Shown: positions 39,765 through 53,759 of the stretch, one piece after another
How positions within the stretch are numbered: position 1 is the first letter of the stretch
How the letters are laid out: the number at the start of each line of letters is the position of its first letter
Notes under the pieces: model-generated
Told to the model about the DNA's origin: nothing
Databases searched by the model: none
Seen by the model: only the letters and a program-made list of their open reading frames with translations
Made by a program: the position numbers and the translations under genes
Source: an uncultured Candidatus Saccharibacteria bacterium
GTDB lineage: Bacteria > Patescibacteriota > Minisyncoccia > JAHISW01 > Tagabacteraceae
Assembly: GCA_964601305.1 (NCBI GenBank)
Contig: CAZRMW010000004.1
Location: 434-64,433, forward strand
DNA: 64,000 nucleotides
Direction of reading: 5' to 3'

Positions 39765-42071
39765 ATGCAAGAGAACAAAAAAACAACTGAAAATATACGC
39801 AATTTTTGTATTATTGCACACATAGACCATGGTAAATCTACCTTGGCTGATAGGCTATTGGAATTAACAAATACAGTTGAAGAAAGGAAAATGAAAAATC
39901 AAGTTTTAGACCAAATGGAACTTGAGAGGGAAAGAGGTATAACTATAAAAATGCAGCCTGTTAAAATGATTTACCTGATAAACCATTTTAACCGCGGACT
40001 TACGCAGAAAAAGACGCAGAAAAACGCGGAAAAGCTTTTGTATAGCGATCTTACTTATAAGATTCGTGGGATATTATTTAATGTTAGAAAAAAAATTGGG
40101 TTAGGCCACAAAGAACAAGTTTATCATAATGCGTTAGAAATAGAATTTAAAAATGCAGGGTTGAGATTTGAGAGCAAAAAGAATATTCCAATTTTATACA
40201 ATAACAAAAAAATAGGCATGTACCAGCCTGATTTTTTGGTAGAGGATAAGGTTATGATTGAATTAAAAGCCCTGCCAGAAATAGGAAGAACGCAGAGAGA
40301 GCAGATTTGGTCTTATCTAAAAGGGTGTGAATATAAACTTGCTTTGTTGGTTAATTTTGGTTCTAGGGATTTGGAAATTAAAAGAATTGTTTACGATACA
40401 GCTCGGGAGTTTTCTGCGTCTTCTGCGTTAAGTCTGCGGGATTCAGCGGGAGTGGAAGATAAGATTGAGAATTATATTCTCAATCTTATCGACACTCCAG
40501 GGCATATAGATTTTTCTTACGAAGTTTCCAGGTCTTTAAAGGCTGTCGAGGGAGCAGTGCTTTTGGTTGATGCCACACAAGGAGTGCAAGCACAAACTAT
40601 TTCTAATCTAGAAATAGCAAGATCTCTCGATTTAGTAATTGTACCAGTGATAAACAAGATAGATAGTCCACTAGCAAGAACAGACGAGGTAAAGAAAGAA
40701 ATTGTGGAGATACTTAATTGTAAAGAAGAAGATGTTTTGGAGGTGTCAGCAAAAACTAGCGAGGGGGTAGAAAAACTTCTTGAAGAAGTCATCTCTCGTG
40801 TTCCTTCTCCGCGTCGAAGCCAGGCTTTGACGCAAAATTTGAAAGCTCTAGTTTTCGATTTTGAATACTCTTCGCATAAAGGGATAATACTTTATGTTAG
40901 GATTATGGGTGGATCTATAAAAAAGGGAGACAAAGTTTTTCTTTTTCAAACCGGCAAAGATTTTATTGCTAGCGAAGTGGGTATTTTTACCCCATCTCCA
41001 AAAAGTAAAAATAGTTTAGAAAATGGAGAAATAGGATATATAATAACTAGTCTGAAAGAAACAAACATTGCTTCTGTTGGTGATACTTTGTTTTCTTTTT
41101 CTGAAAAAAATAATCCAGATTTATTACCACTGAAGGGGTACAAAACACCCTCGCCAGTAGTTTGGGCTAGTATTTATCCAGAATCTCAAGATGATTTTAT
41201 GAGCCTGAGACAATCACTAGAAAGGCTTAGTTTGGCAGATAGCTCTTTAAGTTTTGAAGAGGAAGAAAGCGGTATTTTGGGGCGTGGATTTAGGTGTGGT
41301 TTTTTGGGAATGCTACACCTTGAGATTGTTGCAGAGCGTCTTAAAAGAGAGTTTAATCTTGATTTGATTGTAGCTACTCCAAGCGTCGTTTATAAAATTG
41401 AAGATCAAAATGGCAATGAGAAAGAAATATATTCAGCAGCACTTTTTCCAGAAAGTCATCAAATAAAAAAAATTTTTGAGCCGTGGGTAGACATAAAAAT
41501 AATGACTCCTTTTGAAAAAATGAATGACGTAATGCAGGTACTTAAAAGACACAAGGCAATAATTGGTGATACTGAAGATTTTGGTAGTGACAGAATAGTA
41601 ATAAAAAATCAAATGCCACTTAGAGAGATGATGAACAATTTCTTTGAGGATTTAAAGAGTGCTACATCGGGCTATGCATCACTTAGCTACGAAATTATAG
41701 ACGAAAGACCCGGAGACCTTGTTTGTTTAAAAGTTTTGTTAAACGATGAGGTTATTCCTGCTTTTTCAAAAATTGTAGAAAGGGGAGATATACAAAGAGA
41801 GGCGAAAAATTTAGCTGAAAAACTGAAGAAATTTTTACCTAAAGCTCTGTTTGTTATAAAAATTCAGGTAAAAGCCTTGGGAAGAATTTTGGCAGCTCAA
41901 AGAATTTCGGCTTTAAAAAAGGATGTGACAGGGCATTTGTACGGGGGAGATATAAGCAGAAAACAAAAACTTTGGAAAAAACAAAAAAAGGGTAAAGAAA
42001 AATTAAAAAAACACGGGAAGGTAAATATTCCTCACAGTGTTTTTATAAATATGATAAAAAATAGGGATTAG
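39765..42071 (+). CDS. lepA: Elongation factor 4 (LepA) with in-frame GxxExxY nuclease-domain insertion
   Basis: IAHIDHGKSTLADR, ERERGITIK, DTPGH, NKID, GFRCGFLGMLH, YGGDISRK; ~160 extra aa between G2 and G3. Confidence 0.96.
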   Translation: MQENKKTTENIRNFCIIAHIDHGKSTLADRLLELTNTVEERKMKNQVLDQMELERERGITIKMQPVKMIYLINHFNRGLTQKKTQKNAEKLLYSDLTYKIRGILFNVRKKIGLGHKEQVYHNALEIEFKNAGLRFESKKNIPILYNNKKIGMYQPDFLVEDKVMIELKALPEIGRTQREQIWSYLKGCEYKLALLVNFGSRDLEIKRIVYDTAREFSASSALSLRDSAGVEDKIENYILNLIDTPGHIDFSYEVSRSLKAVEGAVLLVDATQGVQAQTISNLEIARSLDLVIVPVINKIDSPLARTDEVKKEIVEILNCKEEDVLEVSAKTSEGVEKLLEEVISRVPSPRRSQALTQNLKALVFDFEYSSHKGIILYVRIMGGSIKKGDKVFLFQTGKDFIASEVGIFTPSPKSKNSLENGEIGYIITSLKETNIASVGDTLFSFSEKNNPDLLPLKGYKTPSPVVWASIYPESQDDFMSLRQSLERLSLADSSLSFEEEESGILGRGFRCGFLGMLHLEIVAERLKREFNLDLIVATPSVVYKIEDQNGNEKEIYSAALFPESHQIKKIFEPWVDIKIMTPFEKMNDVMQVLKRHKAIIGDTEDFGSDRIVIKNQMPLREMMNNFFEDLKSATSGYASLSYEIIDERPGDLVCLKVLLNDEVIPAFSKIVERGDIQREAKNLAEKLKKFLPKALFVIKIQVKALGRILAAQRISALKKDVTGHLYGGDISRKQKLWKKQKKGKEKLKKHGKVNIPHSVFINMIKNRD
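39975..40470 (+). mobile_element. IR-flanked GxxExxY (PD-(D/E)xK) insertion inside lepA
   Basis: GHKEQVY and PDFLVEDKVMIELK motifs; inverted repeats at 39992-40024 and 40410-40439. Boundaries approximate. Confidence 0.75.
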
Positions 42072-42214
42072 AACTTCTTAATAAAAAAGTGGTACAATTA
42101 AGTAGGCGACCATACTAATGATAACGATAACGCCTATAAATGACCAAATAATTCTATTTATTTTTTTACTTTTTTTAGAAAATAACATCCTTTAATTATA
42201 CCTCAAAACAATCT

Positions 42215-42601
42215 ATGAAAGAAATAAGACAAAGAAGCCGTTTTAGAAAGATGTTTTTTTCTTTGCCGGTTCTTTTGTTCTTTTTAGCTGTTTGTGTGTT
42301 TTTTTCTGTTTCCTTGCTAAAGATTTATAAAAAAAGTAGAAACGCAGTTTTAAGCAACGAATCAGTAATAGAAGAAATAGGGAAAATAGAAAAAAGAGAG
42401 AAGGATTTGTCGGCAAGCATTAATCAATTGAGGGGCGGGTTTGGTGCAGAAAAAGAATTACGCGAAAAATTTAATGTAAAAAAACCAGGAGAGGAGTTTG
42501 TGGTAATAATAGATAATAGTAAAAAGGGTGAAGAGGACACAGACAAAGAAAAGAAGGATCAGGGATTTTTCAAAAAAGTTTTAGAATTACTAAAGTTTTA
42601 A
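42215..42601 (+). CDS. Septum formation initiator (DivIC/FtsB-like)
   Basis: TM plus coiled coil plus E...R.KF...KPGE motif. Confidence 0.75.
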   Translation: MKEIRQRSRFRKMFFSLPVLLFFLAVCVFFSVSLLKIYKKSRNAVLSNESVIEEIGKIEKREKDLSASINQLRGGFGAEKELREKFNVKKPGEEFVVIIDNSKKGEEDTDKEKKDQGFFKKVLELLKF

Positions 42602-42787
42602 AAACCTACCCTATAGCACGCTATCGCCCGAGTTAGAGTAGGTTTCAAAAAAGGTACAAAGTCTAGTGGTCGCGGAGGTTTGTACTTTTTTGTTTTTGGT
42701 GGCGTAAAGTAGTTTAATATGCTAGCTTTAGGATAGAAAAAATAAATTTTCTTTAACATTTAATGCGCTTAACAGGAGGGGTCGAAC

Positions 42788-44446
42788 ATGACGATATCCA
42801 GAGAAGATAAATTGTTAATAGCTTCAATGTCTGAAGCAGTTAATCATGCAAAAGAAATGGTTATTGAAGAGACAAGTAAGCTTTCTGGAGCAATAGAGAG
42901 AATTAAGCCATTTTTTATTTCTTTTTCTGCTTGTGAGCCTGGTGCTTTAAAACTCGAGCTTTCGAGAGGATCTGTGGTGGAAAAAAAAGAAGATAGAAAC
43001 GAAAAACAAAGGCTTAGTTCTAGAGCTGAATTAAGATTAGGTTCACCGACCCTAGGTGGACATATGGAGAAATTTACACCAGAAATTCCTTTCGATAGAG
43101 ACCCGGATTATTTAAAAAGATTTTTTTGGGTTAAAGCTAATGAAGCCATGTATGACGCAAGAGAGGCTTTTGGTAAAAAAATAAGCAAAGCTTCTCATAG
43201 GGAAAATAAGCTTTTTACTCCTTTTTCTTTTTTCTCTGAGGAAAAAATAATTAAAGATTTTTTGAGAGACAAGAAAATAGAAGTAGATCTTAATTTTTGG
43301 ATAGATGTTTTAAAGCCTGTCTCAAAGCTTTTTGAAAGAAAAGAAATAGTTATTTCCAAAGTACTTTTAGATTATACTTTTGAAAAATTTTTTTATGTTA
43401 ATTCTGAAGGGACACAAATAATTGAGTCTTTTCCTGTTTTGAGCATAAAGTTTCGCGCAGGAATTTTGGGAAAAAATAATTTGATTTTTGGAGACCAAAA
43501 ATCTTTTTATTTTAATGATTTAGATACATTGCCAACTCAAGAAGCATTAATGATTGCTGCTGAAGAATTTATTAGGGATCTGTACGAGATTAAGGATGCT
43601 CCCTTCCAAACAGCAGGTGCTTTCCCCACAATTTTAGACAGTGCTAATTCTGGTTTTATGCTGCATGAGATGCTTCATAGTGCCGAGGGTATCAGGCCAG
43701 ACGAAGACCAAAGAGACGACGAAGAAGATATTTGGGGCGGGTCTGAATTTTTACTTACTTTTAAAGGTAAAATTGGCGAAAGGGTTGCTCCTGAGTTTTT
43801 GTCTGTATACGATGACCCAGGGTTATTCGAAGGATTTGTAAATTCAAGATATGATGCTGAAGGTATTCCCATGCAAAAGACAAAAATTATTGAAAAAGGA
43901 GTTCTTAAAAACTTTTTACACTCAAGAGAAAGTGCGGGGTTTTTTACAAATTTGTATCGTAAAAAATTTAGATCAAATGGTCATGCACGATCTGATATTA
44001 CTGCTAATCCGATTCCCAGAATGACAAATTTGGTTCTTGATTCAAAAAAAGAACACTCTATGGATGAATTAAAAGAAATGCTTTTTAGACAATGCCACAA
44101 AGATGGAAAAAAATTTGGCCTGTTGTTAAAAGGTAATTTGATGGGGGAGGCAATGACAGGGTCTATAAAATTTACTCCTCGCCATATTTTTCGGTTGTAT
44201 CCCAACGGTAGAATCAAGAGGGTAAAGGGAGTATATGTACATAATTCTCCACATCAAATGCTTGAAAATATTGTTGCTACATCCAATGAGCACGGATTCT
44301 GTCGTGGTATATGTGGTGCTGAATCAGGTTATTTGCCGGTGTGTGAAAAAACACCCGATGTTTTTGTAAAACAAGTCGGTTTTGAAAAAATACCTTTGAT
44401 GGAGTATGAAAATTGGTATCCTTTTCTTTTACCTTCCCCTGTTTAA
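42788..44446 (+). CDS. TldD/PmbA-family metalloprotease
   Basis: LHEMLH..EG, DDP, YD.EG, SNGHAR, PRMTNL, CGAESG. Confidence 0.88.
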   Translation: MTISREDKLLIASMSEAVNHAKEMVIEETSKLSGAIERIKPFFISFSACEPGALKLELSRGSVVEKKEDRNEKQRLSSRAELRLGSPTLGGHMEKFTPEIPFDRDPDYLKRFFWVKANEAMYDAREAFGKKISKASHRENKLFTPFSFFSEEKIIKDFLRDKKIEVDLNFWIDVLKPVSKLFERKEIVISKVLLDYTFEKFFYVNSEGTQIIESFPVLSIKFRAGILGKNNLIFGDQKSFYFNDLDTLPTQEALMIAAEEFIRDLYEIKDAPFQTAGAFPTILDSANSGFMLHEMLHSAEGIRPDEDQRDDEEDIWGGSEFLLTFKGKIGERVAPEFLSVYDDPGLFEGFVNSRYDAEGIPMQKTKIIEKGVLKNFLHSRESAGFFTNLYRKKFRSNGHARSDITANPIPRMTNLVLDSKKEHSMDELKEMLFRQCHKDGKKFGLLLKGNLMGEAMTGSIKFTPRHIFRLYPNGRIKRVKGVYVHNSPHQMLENIVATSNEHGFCRGICGAESGYLPVCEKTPDVFVKQVGFEKIPLMEYENWYPFLLPSPV

Positions 44447-44459
44447 ATTTATAAAAATA

Positions 44460-44483
44460 AAACGCGCCAAACGGCGCGTTTTT
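44460..44483 (+). terminator. Rho-independent terminator
   Basis: aaacgcgcc-aaac-ggcgcgttttt. Confidence 0.7.
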
Positions 44484-44549
44484 GCTTGTATTGAGCTTGT
44501 CGAATGGCTTGTTTTTGGGTCTAAAAAATGCTACAATTTAAATACAAAC

Positions 44550-45272
44550 ATGAGTAATAAAACCGCTAAAAATAAGCCCCAAAGGGGGCATTTGCACGCA
44601 TTAACTCAAGTCACAAAAGAGATGACAGATATTTTTGAATCTATGGGTTTTGGTGTGGTTTTGGGCCCAGATGTAGAAACAGAACACTACAATTTCGATG
44701 CTTTAAATATTCCTAAAAACCATCCAGCTCGCGATATGTGGGACACTTTTTGGCTAAAAGATGGAAATCTTTTACGTACGCACACAAGCCCAATGCAGGC
44801 AAGATATATGGAAAGCAATCAACCTCCTTACAAAATTGTTGTTCCTGGAAGATGTTATAGATACGAAGCTACCGATAGTACCCACGAAGTCCAGTTTTAT
44901 CAATTAGAAGGACTTATGATAGATAAAAATATTACAATGGCGAATTTGAAGGGGACGCTAGAAGTTTTTTTAAGAAAACTTTTTGGTGACGATAAAATAG
45001 AAGTTAGGTTTAGGCCGAGCTATTTTCCTTTTGTGGAGCCTGGTCTTGAGGTAGATATGAAATGGAAGGGCGGTTGGCTAGAAATCGCTGGAGCAGGTAT
45101 GGTACACCCGCAAGTTTTAAAGAATATGAAATTAGATTCAAGCGCTAAAGAAGAAAGATGGCAAGGTTTTGCTTTTGGGATAGGTATAGATAGAGTAGCA
45201 ATGCTTAAATATAAAATAGAAGATATCAGGCTTTTTTATGGAAGCGATATGCGTTTCTTGAAACAGTTCTAA
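44550..45272 (+). CDS. pheS: Phenylalanyl-tRNA synthetase alpha subunit (no N-terminal coiled coil)
   Basis: [38 protein letters not shown]; ATG 44550. Confidence 0.96.
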   Translation: MSNKTAKNKPQRGHLHALTQVTKEMTDIFESMGFGVVLGPDVETEHYNFDALNIPKNHPARDMWDTFWLKDGNLLRTHTSPMQARYMESNQPPYKIVVPGRCYRYEATDSTHEVQFYQLEGLMIDKNITMANLKGTLEVFLRKLFGDDKIEVRFRPSYFPFVEPGLEVDMKWKGGWLEIAGAGMVHPQVLKNMKLDSSAKEERWQGFAFGIGIDRVAMLKYKIEDIRLFYGSDMRFLKQF

Positions 45273-45281
45273 AAATAAAAC

Positions 45282-49354
<4,073 letters not shown>

Positions 49355-49370
49355 AGTTTTGATTTAAGGA

Positions 49371-51194
49371 ATGACTAAAACAAACAAAAACAAAAAACTA
49401 TCTTTTGATGCTGTAAAAAATATATTCATAAACGCTGGGCGTTTATGGAAAATTTTATGGCGAAAAAATAAAGGAATTATAGCTATTTCGTTTTTTACTA
49501 TCTTGCTGATTTCCACAACCCCATTCTTAAGTAGCGGTGTTTGGGGGCTTTTGATTAATGAACTTGTAAAAATGATTGGCGCAAAGGAAATATCTGACTA
49601 CTTTATTTTAATACTAGGAGCGTTTGTTTTTATAGCACTATTTAGTTCCTTAATAATCTCAGTAAGGAAATATCTAGATATGGTTTTTTGGTTTATTTTG
49701 GAAGAGAAGTTTGAATTTCTCATTTTAAAAAAGAGAGGAGGTCTTGATGTTGCTATACATGAGGATCCCAAGAAAAATGATTTATTAAATAAAATAAGCG
49801 AAAATGGTACTTGGAGAATAAAAAATTTTGTTGATAGACAATTTTATATTTTACAAGACATCATTAAGGTTGTGATTGCTTCTGTAGTTATAATTATATT
49901 TAATTGGTGGGTGTTTTTAGTTATTTTAATTGGTACATTTCCTGAATTTTTTGTAGAAGCCAAATATGGAAGAAGAGTTTGGGATATACACACTAGTGGT
50001 GCTGAAACAAGAAGAAAATATTGGAATCTGAGAAATCATTTTTTTGATATTTCTAGGGTGGTAGAATTAAAGCTTTTTCAGAATATAAAGTATTTTCTAG
50101 GTGAGGTAAAAAAACTTTTTGTTGTTTTTTTAAAAAAACAGAAGAAAAGCGAAAAAGAAAAATTTGCTTTTTCTTCAGTGGCGGCTGTTTTATCAGAAAT
50201 AGTAATTGTTTTTTCACTTATTTATTTTGTATTTCAGGTTATTTATGGAGACTTACAAATCGGTACATTAACTTTTATAAGTGCATCTATTGCTAGTCTA
50301 AGGAGTGCTTTTTCTGGTTTGTTTATGTCGCTTGGCAGACAATACCAAGACAGTTTATTTGTTAGTGATGTGTTTGAATTTTTAGATATTGAAAAAGCTG
50401 TAGAAGAGCCGGAAAAATCCATTAAACTTAAAAAAGGGAAAACTCCAGAAATAAATTTTGAAAATGTTTCTTTTGCTTACCCTGGTACAGATAGAGTAGT
50501 TTTAAAAAACCTAAATTTAAAGATAGAACCTGGCGAAAAAGTGGCAATAATTGGAGTAAATGGAGCAGGGAAGACGACTTTAATAAAATTGCTGTGCAGG
50601 TTTTACGATACTACAAAGGGGAATATTTCTATTGGCGGGCATAGCATTAAAGAAATAGATTTAAAAAGTTGGTATAAAAAAATTGGGGCAATTTTTCAAG
50701 ATTATGCCAATTATCATTTTTTAGTAAAAGATTCTATTGCAATTGGTAGAACTGGTAAAAAGACAGATCTACAAAAAGTAAAAGATGCAGCCAAAGCCAG
50801 CGAGGCAGATATTTTTATTGAGGAGTGGGAAAAGAAATACAAGCAAATGCTTGGTAAGCAATTTACTGGTGGGTTGGAGCCTTCTGTAGGCCAGTGGCAG
50901 AAATTAGCTCTTGCTAGAACTTTTTATAGAGATCCGCGCGTACTTATTTTAGATGAGCCAACATCTTCAATAGACGCGGAAGCAGAAGCAAAAATTTTTG
51001 AAAGGTTAGAAAAACTTCCAAAAGACAGAACAGTGATTTTGATTTCTCATAGATTTTCTACCGTGCGCCATGCAGACAAAATTGCAGTAATAGAAAAAGG
51101 AACTATAAAAGAATATGGCACACATGAAGAATTAATGAAACTAAACAAAACTTACGCCAAACTCTTCAAACTCCAAGCAAAAGGATACAAGTAA
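49371..51194 (+). CDS. ABC transporter, fused permease/ATPase
   Basis: TM domain; GVNGAGKT; signature reads PSVGQ; ILDEPT; SHR. Confidence 0.9.
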   Translation: MTKTNKNKKLSFDAVKNIFINAGRLWKILWRKNKGIIAISFFTILLISTTPFLSSGVWGLLINELVKMIGAKEISDYFILILGAFVFIALFSSLIISVRKYLDMVFWFILEEKFEFLILKKRGGLDVAIHEDPKKNDLLNKISENGTWRIKNFVDRQFYILQDIIKVVIASVVIIIFNWWVFLVILIGTFPEFFVEAKYGRRVWDIHTSGAETRRKYWNLRNHFFDISRVVELKLFQNIKYFLGEVKKLFVVFLKKQKKSEKEKFAFSSVAAVLSEIVIVFSLIYFVFQVIYGDLQIGTLTFISASIASLRSAFSGLFMSLGRQYQDSLFVSDVFEFLDIEKAVEEPEKSIKLKKGKTPEINFENVSFAYPGTDRVVLKNLNLKIEPGEKVAIIGVNGAGKTTLIKLLCRFYDTTKGNISIGGHSIKEIDLKSWYKKIGAIFQDYANYHFLVKDSIAIGRTGKKTDLQKVKDAAKASEADIFIEEWEKKYKQMLGKQFTGGLEPSVGQWQKLALARTFYRDPRVLILDEPTSSIDAEAEAKIFERLEKLPKDRTVILISHRFSTVRHADKIAVIEKGTIKEYGTHEELMKLNKTYAKLFKLQAKGYK

Positions 51195-51478
51195 AAATAG
51201 TGAAGTCGAACTTCACTATTTTTACTTTATTTTGGAGCTATATTGTGTAAGAAAAAGCTCCGTTTTAATATTGCTATCGCTTTATTAATACGATGGTTTT
51301 TGTCTTATCACATATACTGACCTATCGCACCAAATGTGTGACGGTTGAAAGGTTGAAAGAAAGATGGAAAATTTGGGTACATAGTTTATAATAAAGGTAG
51401 AAATTGAGTAGCTGGCCAGGCAGGTTAAAAACTTCTGAACAAAAGTAGCTTCGAAGTTCTGTCTGGCTATTACAAATT

Positions 51479-51576
51479 GCGGGTGTATAAAATAGAAGAG
51501 TAAGCAATACAAATTAAGTGGCAACGCTTTCGTTCCCAACGGGAGTATGTGGGTTCAAATCCCGCCGTCCGCTCCA
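51479..51576 (+). tRNA. tRNA-Gly(CCC)-like gene with aberrant, enlarged D region (possibly pseudogene)
   Basis: Acceptor gcgggtg/cgtccgc, anticodon arm tttcg-TTCCCAA-cggga, T arm gtggg-TTCAAAT-cccgc, CCA. Confidence 0.65.
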
Positions 51577-51595
51577 GATTTTGTAAGTTTTTTTT

Positions 51596-51703
51596 ACACA
51601 AAACCAAAACCGAATTTTTTACTTTCCCTAAATTATGATAATTTAGGAAAGTGCTCGCTTTAGGCTCACAAGCACGTAAAAAATTGTTTTGGTTTTGTGT
51701 TTT
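51596..51703. repeat. ~105-bp palindromic MITE-like element, copy 2
   Basis: Near-identical to 15318-15425. Confidence 0.85.
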
Positions 51704-51712
51704 TACAGCCCC

Positions 51713-51740
51713 TTGACAAGAGTTGTTATATAAGTATAAT
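51713..51740 (+). promoter_or_regulatory. Consensus sigma70 promoter
   Basis: TTGACA (51713-18), 16-bp spacer, TATAAT (51735-40). Confidence 0.85.
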
Positions 51741-51746
51741 AGAATG

Positions 51747-52290
51747 TAGACCTTGGCAAGATGAGTTGTTCCAAATTTCACCATTTCACCGTAACTTCAG
51801 CAATGGAGGCTAAAATGGTAGGTTTTCGAATAAGTTAGGGCTTACCAGTTGACCTGACCAACTGGTGCCCACGTCGCCGGGCTAGATGCGGTTTTTCGCG
51901 GGCGGCAAGAACATAGTCAACCTTTGTATTCTAGCCCCCGGCGGCTATTGTCGGGGGCATCCTTAAAAACCTTCAAAGAACCCGATGAAAGGCGGTAAAA
52001 ATGAATTTGTTACTTTACGAGTGATAGAACTTCGCGAAGAGCAAACACACTTTTTCGAACCATACAGCGTGCGATGATCCATCCGGCAAGGCGGGGCCAT
52101 GTAGTAAACCGAGTTTTGGTACCACTGGAGGGTGTTCTCGGGGTTTGATGTAGAGGCTTGGGCGGCCAATGCATAATTCAAAACACTGACACTTTGTGGG
52201 AACTCCGCGGCAGGCGGGCACGAGGTAGGACCTCAAAAGAATCCCGACTGGGGAATAAAAAGAGTACTCAGTCTAAACAAAATTAGTCAA
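51747..52290 (+). ncRNA. Large structured ncRNA, OLE-like candidate
   Basis: Promoter and terminator bracket a GC-elevated, helix-rich region with no plus-strand ORF >=60 aa; motifs resemble OLE RNA. Confidence 0.6.
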
Positions 52291-52293
52291 CAA

Positions 52294-52335
52294 GAAAGCC
52301 TCGGGCGCAAATGCGCTCCGGGGCTTCTCTCTTTT
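52294..52335 (+). terminator. Rho-independent terminator after ncRNA
   Basis: aagcctcgggcgca-aa-tgcgctccggggctt followed by ctctctttt. Confidence 0.75.
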
Positions 52336-52473
52336 GTAAATTTAAATATGCCATACTCATACGATCGTGAGAGTTTGGCATTTTCTTTTTTTAATTAATA
52401 AAGTCCGACTTCCTTTGGGAGTCGGACTTTGCTGGTTGAATTCCTAAACTTTTCGTCGATTACTTGTTACTAG

Positions 52474-53745
52474 TTACTTTTTACTTGTTACTTCGTCTAT
52501 AATCTTTTCTACAAACTCTTCTAGCTTCATTGTTTCTTGCCCGCCTCGCGTCGATGAGTCTCCGCGAGTCGAGGCGGGCTCTCCATCGCGCGGATTTACT
52601 GCCACAGTGCCATCTTTTTCTTCTTTTTCGCCAACTACCAAAATGTATGGTAGTTTTTCTTTTTTTGTGTTAGCAATTTTTTTACCCAAAGTCTCGTTGT
52701 CTAAATCTATCTCCGCGCGAATATTATTTTCTTTCAAGATTTCTAAAACTTTATTTCCATAATCATTAAATTTTTCACTAACGGGAAGCACTTTTACTTG
52801 CACAGGCGAGAGCCACACAGGAAATGCCCCCTGATACTGCTCAATAAGCATGGCCATAGTACGCTCAAGAGCACCAATAGAAGATCTATGAATTATCATT
52901 GGGCGGTGTTTTCCTCCGTCTTTTCCTTCGTATGTCATATCAAATCTTTCTGGCAAGGCAAAATCTATTTGAATAGTAAAAATAGTATCTTCTTTACCAA
53001 AGACATTTTTCATTTCTACATCTAACTTTGGTCCATAAAAGGCGGCTTCGCCATCAGCTTCTTCGTACTTAAGACCCATCTTGTCAATAATTTTTTTCAT
53101 CATTTTTTGGGAGTTTTTCCAGGCCTCTGGATTGTCTATATATTTTTCTTTGTCTTTGGGATTCCATTTAGAAAATCTATACCAGTAGTTTTCAAAGCCA
53201 AGAGATTTCATTACATATTGTACCAAGTCTACAACATTTTCAAATTCTTCTTCGAGCTGTTCAGGTAGGCAAATAATGTGTGCGTCGGCCAAAGTAAATT
53301 GACGTACACGAATAAGACCGTGCATTTCTCCAGATTGTTCGTTTCTAAAAAGACTTGCAATCTCGGCGTATTTAATTGGTAGGTCTCTGTAACTTCTGGG
53401 CTTGGACTTGTAAATCATAAATTGGTGAGGACATGTCATTGGCCTAAGTACTAGTTCTTCGTCTCCACAATCAAAAACAAACATACTTTCTTTGTAGTGG
53501 TCTAAGTGGCCAGAAATTTTATATAAGTCACTTTTTGCTAGCACTGGAGTATCTGTGTATTCGTAGCCTCTTTTTATTTCTTCGTCTTCTATAAATCTTC
53601 TTAAAATTCTTTTAAGTGTAGCGCCCTTTGGAGTAAGAAGTGGTAAACCACGCCCAATAACATCGCTTTGCACAAAGAGATCTAATTCTTTCCCTATTTT
53701 TATATGGTCCTTCTTGTTTTCTTTATCCATTTTTATTTTCTTCAT
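52474..53745 (-). CDS. thrS: Threonyl-tRNA synthetase lacking N-terminal TGS/editing domains
   Basis: SGH, RPMTCP, FRNEQSG, RVRQFT..DAH, AFYGPKLD, IHR..IG..ER. Confidence 0.96.
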   Translation of the reverse strand: MKKIKMDKENKKDHIKIGKELDLFVQSDVIGRGLPLLTPKGATLKRILRRFIEDEEIKRGYEYTDTPVLAKSDLYKISGHLDHYKESMFVFDCGDEELVLRPMTCPHQFMIYKSKPRSYRDLPIKYAEIASLFRNEQSGEMHGLIRVRQFTLADAHIICLPEQLEEEFENVVDLVQYVMKSLGFENYWYRFSKWNPKDKEKYIDNPEAWKNSQKMMKKIIDKMGLKYEEADGEAAFYGPKLDVEMKNVFGKEDTIFTIQIDFALPERFDMTYEGKDGGKHRPMIIHRSSIGALERTMAMLIEQYQGAFPVWLSPVQVKVLPVSEKFNDYGNKVLEILKENNIRAEIDLDNETLGKKIANTKKEKLPYILVVGEKEEKDGTVAVNPRDGEPASTRGDSSTRGGQETMKLEEFVEKIIDEVTSKK

Positions 53746-53759
53746 TAATTTCTTTTCTT

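Noticed and set aside
39975-40470. Intein or group I/II intron in lepA
   Set aside because: No Hint-domain terminal motifs and no recognisable catalytic intron core; the insert is almost entirely the GxxExxY coding region.
44406-44549. N-terminal extensions of pheS, dnaE (56997-57137), pepA (59160-59198) and murJ (37530-37583) in the ORF track
   Set aside because: They run through terminators, upstream genes or hairpin repeats; downstream ATGs match the family starts.
51963-52236. Short minus-strand ORFs (72-73 aa)
   Set aside because: Atypical composition; antisense to a promoter/terminator-defined structured region, better explained as ncRNA.
51747-52290. tmRNA, or T-box leader for thrS
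   Set aside because: No GGGG...TCCACCA tRNA-like ends were found; the region is downstream of and convergent with thrS, not in its leader.
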